Below, in pieces: positions 13,362 through 26,923 of a DNA stretch of 64,000 bases (position 1 is the first letter of the stretch; each line of letters opens with the position of its first letter). The translations under genes were made by a program, and so were the position numbers. This DNA comes from Paraspadella gotoi (Eukaryota; Animalia; Chaetognatha), in contig CM119270.1 in the NCBI GenBank assembly GCA_051294375.1, positions 7,554,197 to 7,618,196 on the forward strand, written 5' to 3'. The notes below the pieces were generated by a model, which had not been told where the DNA came from, made no database searches, and saw only the letters and a program-made list of their open reading frames with translations.

Positions 13362-14525
13362 TTTGTTAGTCGGATCTGCTTATCAGCAGTCCCGACTCTT
13401 GTATAATCCACTTGTCGGTCCGTCGGTCCCGCCCCCTCAATCTTGTCGTTCATTCACTTAAATCATGTCAAAACATCGAATTATGATAAACTTATACAAA
13501 GGGAATGATGTCCGTCATCTGTCTATCTGTCTGTCGTCCGTCCATCTCCCCCTCGGGATGGATTGGAATTAAATTTGTGTGAGGTCCAGAAAGTGTGTGA
13601 TTGGCTGGATATAAAGTTTTTTTATGAATCGACAAGTTGAATGAGTTCAAATAAAAAAAACATAAGTCACATTTACTAAAATCTTTTACTAATTTTAACC
13701 CATAATTAATAACTCTAATTATCATAATTGTTTGATAGATTGAGATGAAATTTTTTGTGTTTGGGTAGGCGAAGCTGGATATATTTTTTAATTAACATGT
13801 TTTATATTTTTGATTCAACTTTTTATGAGAATCTGATCTTTAAAAAAGTTTAAAATTTATTATTTTATAAGAAATATTACTACAATATATTTGTATTTAC
13901 TATTTCTGTTTAAGAACCAATATGAACAAAATATTTTTGAACTAGTTAATCATACTATCTCACATTTAAATATCTTGTTTGATCATTCAAATATTTTTTT
14001 TTGTTCTGAGTGCTCATTCTACGTCCTAAGTCAGGGGCAAGATAGCTTATTTATAATGAATTCGATATTATTATATTGGTTGTACCAATTTCATTAAAAT
14101 TTTGTGTGTGGTATGGAAAAGTGTGTGATGAGCAGGATATAAAGTTTCGATGGAAATCGAGAAGTGGAAATGAGTTTGCATGAAAAATGATTCATAAATG
14201 TTTTAATTAAATAATTAATAAATTAATTGATTATAATTAAATTGAAAAAATGATGCAATTTGAAAAAAATGATGGTAAGATAAAAAATGATCAGTTAAAA
14301 AAATGAAGCAGTCAAAAAAATGATGCAATTAGAAAATGATGCAAGTGAAAAAAGATGCAAGTTAAAAATTGATTGCAAGTTAGAAAGTTTTTTTCAACCG
14401 CATAATTTTTTAAGTTTCAAAAATTATGCGAGTTAAAAAAAATGGTGCAAGTTAAAAAAATGATACGAATTTAAAAAAATTATGGAAGTGAAAAAATGAT
14501 GCAAGTTTAAAAATGAAGCAAGTTA
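13362..14525 (+). mobile_element. Helentron-associated / DINE-1-like non-autonomous element, copy 1
   Basis: T-rich start and a 5' palindrome agtcgg.tctgct-tatc-agcag..ccgact. Then gtcggtc and (GTCY)n tracts, a repeated block aaattt.gtgtg..gaaagtgtgtga..ggatataaagttt (13571, 14098) and a terminal short tandem array. Confidence 0.65.
14245..14525. repeat. ~19-bp tandem array (AAAAAATGATGCAAGTT-like)
   Basis: About 14 degenerate units are visible. Confidence 0.85.
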
Positions 14526-14578
14526 ATAATAGTTTAATGGTTAAAAAATTATTTGTTTGTACGATAGTAACATTTTTT

Positions 14579-14797
14579 GAAGAGACAGTATTATTGTTAT
14601 GTGTTAGTGACAGAAACCATCAAATGTAACAGTCCCTAGCTTCGGATCAGGCTGTAACACCATGTAACAGGCGGGTTAGCGCCCCGTCCCTCTTACTGCA
14701 TACAACCACCGGGCTAGAACCCAAACCTTTGGGTTGGGGAGGCGAATGACTTGCCTCCGGCACCAATGGCGCTGATGACGGTTGGTGGATTCAGTCC
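14579..14797 (-). mobile_element. tRNA-derived SINE family A, 3'-truncated copy
   Basis: Near-continuous reverse complement of 15161-15379. Confidence 0.7.
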
Positions 14798-14878
14798 ACC
14801 TACATCCCCCTCCCGTAGAGATGTCTGTTGCGTCTCTCAGTGAATTGTTGTTGTGGTGGAAAGTTGTCACCAAGTGAG

Positions 14879-15058
14879 GCATGTCGCCTGATGTGTTGTG
14901 GGCGGAAAATGCATCGCAAGGTTGAGCGCATGTCGCCTGAAAGTGTTGTTGTTGCTGTGTGTTCGGAGTCGGGCTCACCAATGAAAGAGACAGTAATTAT
15001 CAATGACTTGCCTCCGCACCAATGGCCGCTGAATGAACGGTTGGTGGATTTCAGTCCC
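14879..15058 (-). mobile_element. SINE family A fragments: a 3'-end piece (14879-14910) and an internally deleted copy (14928-15058)
   Basis: gcatgtcgcctga..gtgttgt occurs twice. gttcggagtcgggctcaccaatgaa matches the 3' part of the plus copy and joins directly to head sequence atgacttgcctccgcaccaatggccgc. Confidence 0.65.
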
Positions 15059-15160
15059 ATAAGTTCAGTTTTTTGCAAGCGATTTACATGGATTGGCAGC
15101 TCAGCCAGCTCAGATAAGGCGCTGTTCATTTCTAGACCCTTAAAAAGAACATTTTCTGGG

Positions 15161-15414
15161 GGACTAAAATCCACCACCGTTCATCAGCGGCCATTGGTGC
15201 CGGAGGCTAGTCATCTGCCTCCCAACCAAAGTCCGGGTTCTAGCGGTGGTCGCTGCAGTGAAGAGGATGGGGCGCTTAACCCGCCTTTAACATGGTGTTA
15301 CAGCCTGCAATCCGAAGCTCAGGGACTGCTTATATTGAATGGTTCTGTCACTATCCATAACAAAAATAACTGTTCTTCATTGGTGAGTCCCGATTTCCGA
15401 ACACAACACATCAG
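15161..15414 (+). mobile_element. tRNA(Gly)-like-headed SINE family A, most complete copy
   Basis: 15187-15253 folds tRNA-like: acceptor GCGGCCA/TGGTCGC, D stem GGTG/CATC, loop CTCCCAA, A-box-like TGGTGCCGGAGG and B-box-like GGTTCTAG. A ~160-bp body and a CA-rich tail follow. Confidence 0.7.
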
Positions 15415-16200
15415 TCATTTCGTTATCATCGCATCAATTATGGGTTATCATCACATCAATATTTGGTTACCATCGAAGCAGGCTCGATCCTTATGCTTTA
15501 ATATTTCTAGATCTAATTTTTACGGACTCGTTTTTTTCAAACTTAATATCGTTTTTCTTTTAATCTTTTCTTCTTTCTTTCACGCCTTCATCCAATCCTT
15601 TTTCCGATATTCGCTACAATTCTTCCCGGTCCTACTTCACGAAGACGCTTCTTCTTAATTTCTACTTTCTTATCTTGTCTCTTGCTTAATTTCCACCTCT
15701 CTCTCTCTCTTCTCTCTCTCTCTTCTCCTCTCTGCCTCCCTGTTCACTATACAACTTCACAACGCCAACAAATTCTTCTAAACTCTCTCTTGCATGTCTC
15801 CATGACAACGCGTTGCTCGCTCACGTTCTCAATATCACGCTTATTCTTTTCGCGTTTCCACGCCCTCTACAACATAACCGCCGTCAAATTGGAGGGTTCC
15901 ATCTATCCCTTAAACCATCTAACACCCTCATTCCTCTAATACACCCCCAGTCCCATCGATTTCTTCAGTCCCCAAATCCTTTTTTTCTTGAATCGTCGAG
16001 AGAAATCCGTTAAAATTGCTTCCTCTTATTTTTTAGAAGAGAGCATCTCAGAGAAGAGAGAGAGAGAGAGAGAGATAAGAGAGAGAGGAGAGGTGAGTGC
16101 TCTATTTTTTATCAAGTTAAAGAGCGCGTTTCTCTCTCCCCTTATAAATTTTTGTCGCCAACAAAAACACGATTTCTGTTTTCTTTTCGATTATGCAGAA

Positions 16201-17275
16201 TTTTTTAGTCGATCAAGCTTATCATTATTCACTTTGTCGGTCTGTCGGTCCACCCCAAAATATTGTCGTAAATCATTATTATCATATCAGAACCTCGAAT
16301 TATGATAAAATTTGGCAAAAAAAGTGATGTCAGTCAGTCCGTCTGTCCGTCCGTCCGTCCGTTCCGTCCGTCATCCGTCCGTCCGTCGTCGTCTGTCCGT
16401 CCACCTTAGCAAAAACTCTAATTATCGTGATTGGATGGATGGATTAGATGAAATTTGTGTGTGGGTAGGAAACTGTTGTGATTGAAACGGATATGAAGTT
16501 TCGATGGAATGGAAATTGTTTAAATGGAAAAAACAAAAAATATATTCATTATTGAACGCCAATTGCTCGTGAGTGAATAAGGCAATGACTTCAAATTTTG
16601 TATGAGTAGGAAAGTGTGTGATTGAGCTGGATATAAAGTCTCGATGGAATCGTGCGAGTGGAAATGAGTTAAAATGTAAAAAACAAAAGTCATATTTACT
16701 ATTTTTATTTTGTCTCATACTTAAATTACTCATAATTATTATGTTTATTAAAAATTGGATAGATAAATTAAATGGAATTTTGTGTGTGGGTAGGAAAGTA
16801 TGTAATAAAGCTGGATATAAATTTTTTGATGGAATCGTAGGAAGTGACAAAGAGTTCAAATTAGAACCAAAAGACACATTTATTTGGAATTTTTTAAAGT
16901 TTCTCTATCTCTATCTCTCTCTGATTGATTGATGACCAAATATAATTGATAAAAATATGCCAGTTGATCAAATTCTGCAAGTTGACCAAATTAGCAGTTG
17001 ACCAAATTCTGCAAGTGACAAATTATGCCTGTGAACCAAAATTATGCCAGTTGACCAAAATTATGCAGTTGATAAATTATGCCAGTTGACCAAATTATGC
17101 CAGTTCACCACATTATTCAGTTTGACCAATTATGTCGTTGAACAAATTTGTCGTTGACAAATTATGCTAGTGACCATAATGCAAGTGATTAAATTATGCA
17201 AGTTGACAGTTAGCTTTTACCACTTATTAATCGTAGGCAATCCGACATTGTTTGCTCAAAATTGTTTTCTTTTTT
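16201..17275 (+). mobile_element. Helentron-associated / DINE-1-like element, copy 2
   Basis: Starts ttttttagtcg and shares the core tcgaattatgataaa with copy 1. (GTCC)n at 16336-16402, three repeated blocks (~16451, 16593, 16777), an 18-bp array and a T-rich end. Confidence 0.7.
16952..17208. repeat. ~18-bp tandem array (AAATTATGCCAGTTGACC)
   Basis: About 14 degenerate units are visible. Confidence 0.9.
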
Positions 17276-20200
17276 TCAAACAGTCAGTTAATCCGGTTTA
17301 AAACTGTCTGTTTGTAGTTTTTTCTAAAAACTACATAAATAATTTTGGAACGAACTTTTAAAATTAAAAAAGTTGTATTGCGAAGTAGAGTGTATGAATT
17401 GATAATAACTCAGAAAAAATATATTTTTCGAAAACCCCAAATAACTTTAAAAAACTTTAACTTTAAAAAAAAAATTAGTTTAAACATTGAACCGTTTTAA
17501 TAATAGTATAGCCATAATTTAAAAACAAATTTATAATTGTTCACAAAGAATTTATTGGAGTTAATGCCAGACATGATTCGAACATTATTCTGTTCTGTTC
17601 AAACCATGTCTGCATTAACCTCAAATAAATTTACTTACCATCAAAACGAAAGAAAAACCATCAATAAGCCATACAAATTATTGAAATTGTAATATTTATT
17701 TTTAAAATTTGTCATGGCAGATTAAGTAAGTATAAAAGGTCATTTAAGGTCTCATGCTTTCATCTCCTGCCAAAGTAGAAACCAATGTACTTCGCCTCTG
17801 ACTCTCTCTTTCTCTCATTCACTCCCTCGATTTCTCCGCGACCGACGAATTTCACTCCTTTGAAATAACTTCGAATGAATCAACAAACCAAGCTGTCCAA
17901 GCAATGGGACGAGCTGAGTTTCACATGCATTACGGGAGGCGAATTTAGGATTGCCACCCAAGAATGTTTCTCTTTTTTTTTCTGTCTTCCATTCGTGATT
18001 CTATTTCTTTTGATTTCTTTTCCCGCCCCGTTCGTTCCAATTTTCCTCCTCCCTAAGTTTTTTTCTTCCATACCTCGTCTTTGTGTTTCTCTTCTCTTGT
18101 CACCTCAAATTTGCGTTCGTCTCGTCAGAGGGAGTCTCTCTGTTTCTGATGGCGAAATTGCGTGCGCCTCTTTTTCTTCTCCCCCCCCAATTTTCTTTTC
18201 ATCGTTAAAAATCACTGAAAATTCCTAGAAGGAAAATGAATCTGCGCTCGTGAAAAGAGGATCGAGTGTGCAGAGGAACTGGCTCGTCAATCTCAAACAT
18301 TCACTATCGGAAAAATAGAACGGTGCATCTCGTGTCTTGGATGAAATCTTCTTTTCGTCGAATCGATTCTTCAAAAAAAATTATTTGGCTTCGGCATCAA
18401 TTCCAATTCATTTTTTCTTTTATTTTATTTTTTTTTCCGTGCCACGGTTAGCGACGGCCTGGCTCGTCGATTGATTAAGGAAGCGTAGTGGCTTAGATGA
18501 GTCTTCAGGTTCGATGCCTAAAAGGAAGACTCTCGAGCAACGGAAGCTAATCAGTAGAAGAATAAAGAACGAACCGCTCGCGGAAGTCGCAACCCACCTA
18601 GCCGTACTCACGCTCCAAAGCCTCCGACACGCTGAAAAGTGCAGGCTCTGGTCAGGCGGGCGAGATGAGGGACTGCGTTCCAATGACCCAACGAAAACAT
18701 GATTTGAGCCATGGGAATCCAATGCGTAGAGAGTATGCTGTGTCTACTCGATCTCGCAGCTCGCATCGAGAGACGTGAGATCGAGAGAGAGATGGATAAG
18801 GCTCCGTCGTGTGTTAAACAAAAACGTTTTCCTGGATTTGAAATAAAAAATTAGAAAATATAAAAATAAAGCCTGGCGTTGAAGGAATATGAGAAAGGAT
18901 AAAGAGCCCAGGGGACGGAGAGGATGTATGAACGATGGATGGAGAGAGAGGGATAGCCTAAAATGACGATGACCGGGTATAAAGAAGAGATCCGCGGAGT
19001 GTAGAGAGTAAAAGTTATCGATGATCGATGAGGAGAGAGAGAGAGACGAATAAGATGTAGACAAGAAATTATTGATCTCTTCCTTTATCTTTTCTTCTTT
19101 CTTGGGCGCTCGGTGACTCTTCGTGACGTAAGAAAGGCGTCTCTTTCTCTTGTCCGGTCTATCTCTGCACGCCTCCCTCTTGCTCGAGTTACTCTCTCTA
19201 CGTGGAAGTGGTGACAACGGATACGAACCGGATTGAGTAGGTTATCAAAAGGAGTAAACGAGATGGAAACGAGAGATAAAGTATCGCTGAGCGGAGCTTT
19301 TTATTGCATTTTTTGTTTTATATGTTCTGATATTCTTTTTTGATACTTAAAGCTCGGGAGATTAAATAATGTAATAAAATATGTTAGGTTGGAAAGTGAA
19401 GGACATTATGATATAAGAACGAAACAAGTAGATGCTGTTTGTGCACCTCTTGTAGACGCGTACAAATTAATGCCGGTGAGCGGTGGTAGAAGAGTCGAGT
19501 GGTGTGAGGCTAGACTGAGATATGGGTGTGTCCAATCACTTAAAGCAGAGACATCAGTTTGACCGTAACGACTGAGAAGGAGCAGGAAAGAAAAGGGAAA
19601 AAAAAGGAATGTGACGCGTCGAAAGGGTTAAAGAAGCGGCATATGAAAAAAGTGTGCAAGATGATGAGAAAAGGTGCAACGGGACAGAGGGAAAGCAAAA
19701 GCGCAAGGCAAGACGATTCAAGCAAGTGAGAGGAGAGAGGATCAACGAGAAGGTGAAAGGGGCGGAAGTAGAAGAGCGGGGGAGAAGGGGAGGAAGACAG
19801 AAAAGAGGAAATGAGGAAGAAGGAAGAAGAGAGAGGGTGGGGGCGCAGAAGGTAAGAAAAGAAGAAAAGAATGGAGGGAGTGAAAAGGGAAGGAGACGAA
19901 CGAGGGACGAAGAGAAAGAAGAGCGACAATTATGAGCCGAGAATGAGAAGAAAAAAAGAGAGACACCTGGAGAGAGAAAGGGATGTATTGGCTTGCGACA
20001 GAGATAGTGGATTTCGCCTCAGCAGCCAAAGCAGCGAGCTGAGAGCGGAGGAGAGTGAGCAGCAGAAGATTCCGCCTTCGTATTTTGATCTTTCTTTGTA
20101 CATCTGTTGTCATCGTCAGTCACTAAGTGAGTGAGGGATTGGAAGACTGAGCAGTCAGAGAGAGGTAGAGAGTGATTGTTGATATACGAGAGAGAAGAAC

Positions 20201-21354
20201 ACAGAAACGAGCAGAGAGATGCAATTAGTTTTGCTTGTATCTAATTGGGTAAGTTACAGTGCTGTTCGCTGGAATTGAAACTATATGAGGAGGTATTCTT
20301 TAAGATTTATCGGTCTTTCTGGAATTTTAAATAGATATGTAGAGCTGAGTAGATTCCTCGAGTTGAAGAAAGATTTTCCGACCGTTTGAATCGAAATTGA
20401 TCTTCGAATGTGTGGTGGAGTTGCATTCACTTCTTGATAGTTCTATATATCGTACTTTTCACGTCTGTCGCATTCGTCCAGTCGTCCTTCCTCCTCGCTC
20501 AGTCTTCACTCCAATCGTAATCGTCTCTTGTTCTATTTACTCTTCGTCCTCGATGCTGCCGCGACTGTTTCATCTCGACAGCGAATCAGGGAGAACTGGG
20601 AATGTTCATTCTCTCCCTTCGTTAATCAAATTCATGAGCGTTGCTTGTAGCTCATCTCGGACACGACGGAAATTCGGTCAAACAGTGGTGTAGCTGTGAT
20701 TAGCGGTCGGCACAGCGTCGCTGCCATTGAGCCTTTGTCCGTCGGAGTGCGAGTCAGAAGCCAAGACGTTCAACGCCGGAGCCGAGAGTCATGTGTGCTG
20801 CCTCGGAACCGAACCCGGCCAACGCCAAAAAGACAGCGCACATCCTCGGGTGAAGAGAGCAACCGCAACATAAGTGAACAGACTATCGGATGCTCGGGTT
20901 TGAGATCTCTTCACTTCCACCTTCTTCTCTTGGCTACTCGCGTAAATGAAGTAGCGGCTACGCGGTGAGTTCTTTTCTACAGCTGATTTCGCGTCGTATC
21001 ACCTAACATTTGCTCCTCTGTGAACTCTCTCTCAAACTCACTCTTCTCTCGTTTCATTTCTTAAACTACATGTGACATCTCTCTACTCTCTCTTACAATC
21101 TATAAACATCTCATAAACTTTCTTTTCTCTTACCACTCTCTCTCTCTTATCTTCCTCCTTCGCTTTCGCTGAGAAAATAATCTCAAGTTTGTGCGCGTGG
21201 TGCTTAGAAATTCTTTAGGCTTCTGATCATTGACTAGGTCAAAAGGATGGGTCGGAGTTTCTCCGCGAATGAGATTACCGAAGACTTTCCGATACTTGGG
21301 TCTGGATTCTGAGAAAATATACATACGTTTCAGGATTATGAAGAAAATCCCTGA

Positions 21355-22915
21355 TTATTGTTGTCCTTCCTCTTTCCTCGGCCTTCCTTTCCTGTCGTTT
21401 TATGCCGTGTCTCTTATCCTTTTTTCGTGTCCTTTACGTCTTCCTTGCTCGTTGTAGCGAGAAATTCTTTTCCTTCGGTTTTTGCATCTTCTCCTTTCCT
21501 TCTTTGTGCTTCCTTTTCTTCTTATCGCTCTTTACATATTATCTCTACTTTAGATGCCTTTATCCTTCTTTGCCTTCTTTTCCTTCTTTTTGCTCTTTTT
21601 CCTCTTGCTTCCTTTCCTCTTATGATGCATTCTAATTTCACTTCTTTGCTATGCCCTTTCCTTCATTTGTTGCCTTCCTATTCCTTCTTTTGTTCTTTTA
21701 CGGATTCTTTTGCATCGACTTTCCGATATCTTAATTTAAGCCTTCTTTCCGATGTCTTGTGCCTTCTTCCTTTTGTGGCCTTATCTTTCGTTCTTTTGGT
21801 TCCTTCTTTTGAACTTCTTTTATTCTTTTACTTCTTCCTTTTTAGCCTCCTTTCCTTCTTTTGCCTTCTTGCCTGTCTTCTTCTTCTTTGGCCGATTCCC
21901 TTGCCATCGCCTTCTTTGCCTTCTTGTCGTCTTCACTTGTTCGTCTCGTCCTTCTGCCTTCGTATCATTGTCTTCTTGGTCTTTTCTGGTGGCCTTCCTA
22001 TTCTTTCTCTTGCTTCCTTTCTCTTTTGGCCTTCTTTTTCCTCTTCGTTTTGCCTGTCCTCTTCTTTCTTTGCCTTCCTTTCTCTTTGCCCCTATTTCCT
22101 TTTGTCCTGTTCCTGTCGTCTCCTTCTTTTGGCCTTGCTTTCTTCCGTGTCTTGTCCCTTCTTTCTTCTTGCCTCTTGTTCTGTTGCTTTTTGCCTTCGC
22201 CATTGTTCCTTCGTTTGAAATTATTTTCATTTTTATGCCTTCCTTCTTCTTCTTTTGCCTATACCTTTCCTTCTTTTGCCTTCTTTGCCTTTCTTTTCCT
22301 TCTTTTCCGCCTGTCCTTTCCTTACTGGTGCTCACTCATTCCTTCTATTGCTTCTTTTCCTTCTCTTTGCCCTGTCTTTACGGCCTTCTTTGCGCTTCTT
22401 TCCTTCTGCTTTGCCTTCTTTTCATTCTTTAATTCCTTCCTATTTGCCATTCTTCCTTGGCTTGCCTTCTCCCCTCCTCTGTTTTGCGCTTGGCTTTTGG
22501 CCATTGTGTGTTCCCGTTCTTTGGAGTGTCATGGCTTTCCGGCCTTCTTTATGCGCCTTTCTGTTGTCATGTTCTTTGTCCTCTTCCTCTTTTCCTTCTT
22601 TTTTACTGCTCCTCTTTCCTTCCTCTTCTCTTCTTTCTGCCTCCTCATCCTCTCTCCTTCTTTTTCTCTCTTCCTTCTTTTTCTTCTTGCCTTCCTTCTC
22701 CTTTCTCTTCTGTCTCTCTCTCTTTACTTCTTGCCTTCCTCTCTCCTCTCTTTCTCGCTCTCTCTCTTTCTTCTTTATATATTGCTACTAGCTCTGCCGT
22801 ACTATTTCCTGTTCTTTGCCCTTTCCTTCTATCCGTCTTCTTCTAATCGCCTCTTTCTTTCTGTTCCCTCTTCTTTCTTCACTTCTTTTTTTGGCCTTCT
22901 TTTCCTACTTTTTGG
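21355..22915. repeat. Pyrimidine-rich degenerate repeat with recurring TTGCCTTC
   Basis: About 1.5 kb of C/T sequence with dozens of (t)tgcctt words, inside the noisy segment. Confidence 0.75.
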
Positions 22916-25900
22916 ACCGCGTGCCGTTTTCTCTGATTACACTTTTGACGTTATGCAATAGGCCTTCCACGTTTCCTCCGTGACCAAGGTTAAGTGATTT
23001 GTCCTCATGGCATTCCTTTCCTGGTCTTGATAGCCTTTTTTCGGTCCATATTGACATCCGGTGTCCACCTCACTGGATCTTGAGCCCGTAAGTTTGACAG
23101 CTAATCACCTCTGCTCTACATTAATTTCATGACATTCGATTTTCTCTCCTCGACTCTCACATTTGACTACGCAATGGGAAATTTAATCACTATGAGACAA
23201 TTCGTTTCGCTCTTTTCAATATGTTAGACTACTACTCTTCTCCCAAAATCTTACTCTTCCACAATAACTCAGTCGTCTTTTTGGTTTTTTGCCTTTTTTT
23301 TTCTTTGTTTGACCTAGTATGCGATGATTGGATTCTTTTGTACTGACTGAAGGTATAGATACCTCCGAAAGACTTCGATTCTTCTCTTCATTCTTTCTCT
23401 TCTTTAGGTTTTTCTTAACTGCTGTCCGGGGTCTCGTTCCACCTTCCTGCATTTTCCTGGTTTGAGGTAGTACCTCTTTCGACCGGCTCTTGGAATGAGA
23501 GGGAGAGAGAGAAGAAGAGGTGAAGGTCGAACTTTTGTCCCTTGATTTCCTTTTGTCATTTTTTTCACCAGAGTTCACCTCCCAGAGTTTGGATTCAACC
23601 GCAAAGAATTTACATTGCGCGCGCATGGGGGAGAGAATGGTAGAGCGAAAGCAATCGGCTTCGTAGACTGATAGGGGTCCGACGAGGTGCCGTCGTACGT
23701 CACGTTCATCGGGGTGGATGTCCCCGGTCATCTAATTCTTTAAGGACGTGGCTGCATTCTGTGGTTTATTTCACTTTACCCTCCACCAATTTATCTTCAC
23801 CATCCTACAAGGATTTGCATGTTTTGATAAATTTCTTAAAATAGTCTTTTGGTGGTGGGAGTATCAAAGAAAGAGAGCTCTTGTTAAACCCGTCTTGTTT
23901 CAGCGATGGAGAGACGGTGTTAAGTATCTATTGCACTCGATAGATGACGGAGTTTTTTAGGAGATAAGCCATCCAAGGATTCATGAGTTGTATTATTTCC
24001 CATTCCGCCAGTATGCACACGAGATAGGCTACGGAATGATTCTCGCGTCATCGCGCTGCGCCACTCTTTCAACTCAGGTGTTTACGGATTGTCACCACCG
24101 ATTCGCACGACCGAAGAGTAGAGAATTAATGTGCTGGAAAAGATTTATGCAATTAAGTTACGACGACGCTTTATTTACTGATTCAGACTTGCTCTAGCAC
24201 GCAAGGCGAAAATCTCTAGGAGACCACTTACGACGAGTCAGACACGCGATAGACGGGACCGACACGTCCGACGGAAGCGACAGAAACACGTCGATTCGTT
24301 GACGGTATATCACGAACGGTCGCTGGATTGAGTGTGATAATGTGTCGCACGATTGATCTTGTGTTTTTTTTGATGGTTTCGAATGCGATTGAGTGTACTC
24401 GGCATCGAGAGAAACAAGGAACGATCTTTGGTGCGCTCGCTGCGCGCTTGCCGCTGTCGTTGGGTCTGGCTCGCCTTAGTTGGTTATAGTATAATAGTAT
24501 AAGTGTTAGTTACTTCAGAGTTAGTTGGTTAACTCATGCATTATCTTTATGTATTTTACTCAGGTCATTACGTTGATATGTTTTTTATAAACTCTTTTCA
24601 CGGGGTTTCACGAAATGAATCTCGCTTGCTTATATAGTCCTGACCCTAAACGCACATTTCCGTGACGTAAGAAATTCCCTAGTCTAATTTTATTCTCTCT
24701 TAGTTTAAAATTCCCGATAATGATTTTCGTTTAAATTCGATGTTCAAACAGGAAACAGTACTGATACTATACATCGCGTGCCACTAGTTACGTTTTTTAT
24801 GAATATTTAGCTGTCATATTCCATGAACTCTTTTATCTAGTCCACAGCTCTTTGGGGTTATTCACCAAATGCCCATCCCTGGCTTTAATCCATTCCAATT
24901 CGATAATACGCTCGGCAAAAATGATAGTCTCAATTTTATTATGCTTTATGTTTAATTCGCCTACTATCTTCAATTTTCGTATTATACTGTGGTTTTCCGC
25001 TCCACGATTCTGATAAAACTACTGGCTTCTATGTTTAAATCAAATATTACGTTGACAACGAGTTACATTTGGACTCTAATGAACGTTATCAAATGGCTTT
25101 AATTATAAAGTAACATACGCGTTTCTATTCATAGTTTTTCATTTGCTCGTTCTTCTACTCCTCTCTGTGACCACCTCCTCTTTGTTATATTTAATCATTC
25201 TGATCCACTCGCTTTGTCACTAACTCTTCTCTCGCATACTCACTCACTCCCTTATGCATGTGTTCGCTTTGCCACCTCTTCGCCACCTGCTTCCCGGCCT
25301 GGCAGTCTTTATCTCCTCCTGCACGTCTTGTCTTGTCTGTGATGTCTGTTTTACTGGCTTCGACTCTTCATCGCTATTGTCCCATTCCTCTACGCTGTAC
25401 TGCATTTTCTCTCGCGTCACCTGTCCGCCTCTTATTCTGTGAGCCTTTGCCTTTCCTCTGTCTTGCTCACCGACTCTGTCCGACCGCTTTTCTCTCTGAG
25501 GTTGCGTAATACGAGGCTATGACTTACCATACAAGTCTCCCATATCCGATCAATGCATATTTATCACCGATGGCTTTATATTCTTCGATGCTTGTTCTTT
25601 CTCGGATGCATTGATGTTTATAGATGCTCTCCCTGATCTGATAATATGTAGGTACGGCGTTTTCGCTCTCTTATATTGGTTCTATACAGGATGTGCGAAT
25701 GTGGTTTATGGCTCTGTTCTCTTTTCTGCATACTCGTTTTTTACTCTCTCTGCTTCTCAGTCGTATTTCCTCTTCTTTTCTAACTCCTCAATCCTACTCA
25801 TATGTCTTGCTCATCTGTGGTCTACTCTCTCTCTCTACTCTCTGCTCTCTATCTAGTCTCTCTCATATCATCTCTGCATCTCCGGTGTGACGTCAACGCG

Positions 25901-26765
25901 TATGTCTTCAGTGATTAGGGTAAAAAAAGCTTAAATCGACTCCCTAAGGCAATAAATTGAGGAGTGTAGTAGAGGATGTGACTCGATGCAGTTTTCCGAT
26001 GAGTCATTTCCATTTTTAGATGATCGAGAGACTTTGATTTTTGAGAGAGATGAGTGAGGTAGGCAAGAAGTGCAAGACCTGATGAGAGTACGCGAGAGAT
26101 GGCGGATAGAGATGACGCAGGAAGAGTGATGTTTTTGGCCTGAATAAGAGTTCAAAGAATTTATTTTAACTAGCGCGAAAGACCATAATTGTCCTCTCGA
26201 TAGTTAATTCAGGTAGCTGTAGTTCTTTCTCCGATCCGGTGTTCTGAAATTGTTCCGAATGAGTATTTTCTGTGTCTTTACGTTTAATCTCAGATATATA
26301 CCTGTCTATGGTTTATCAGTGGCGAAAAGAGTCGAATATAATTACTAAGCAGAGAGAGAGAGAGAGAGAGACAGATGAGAGAGAGAGAGAGAGATTTTAA
26401 AGCGAAAATACTAAAATATGACATTAACTTTGGGATCTTTCTGTTGTATTTTTTTTTTACTATTTCTTGTTTTTTTTTTCAATTTTCAATACTTTCCTGT
26501 TTTCTTTTTGACAGTTATTAAAAACACCAACTTTACCAATCAACCTTTTTTTTAATATTAATTATCATATTTGAAACATTTAATTCTACTTTTTATAAAT
26601 TCTGCCCCTATTTCCTCCTTGTTCTTTTCCCACCTTTTCTTTCCCCTTTATTTTCATGTTTTTTTAATTTCCTTTCCTCCACTCTTTCCTTACTTCTTCT
26701 CCTTCCACTTCCCCCCCCCCGAATGCCTTGTTTACTTCGCTGTCCAAAAAAAGGCGACGGTTTCC

Positions 26766-26865
26766 TAGGAGGGAAATTCTCTTAGGATTAAAGCCTCGGT
26801 AATTATTTCCGAATATTTAACGCTATGAATAAACGGGAACAATTACTTGGAAGTGGAAAAAAGAG

Positions 26866-26923
<58 letters not shown>

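Noticed and set aside
14755-15205. CTGATGA followed by a hairpin (at 14772, and on the minus strand near 15187 with a later GAAA) as hammerheads
   Set aside because: Stem II does not close next to the core and no stem III pairing is possible. The motif is simply antisense to the SINE 5' end.
15187-15253. Functional tRNA-Gly gene
   Set aside because: The anticodon and T arms are imperfect, the B box is degenerate, and the head continues into a repeated SINE body.
14828-15658. 276-aa ORF
   Set aside because: It runs through SINE fragments in both orientations and has no recognisable domain.
21358-22961. Long F/L/S-rich ORFs (286, 226 and 366 aa) as membrane proteins
   Set aside because: They are open in several frames only because a C/T tract lacks stop codons.
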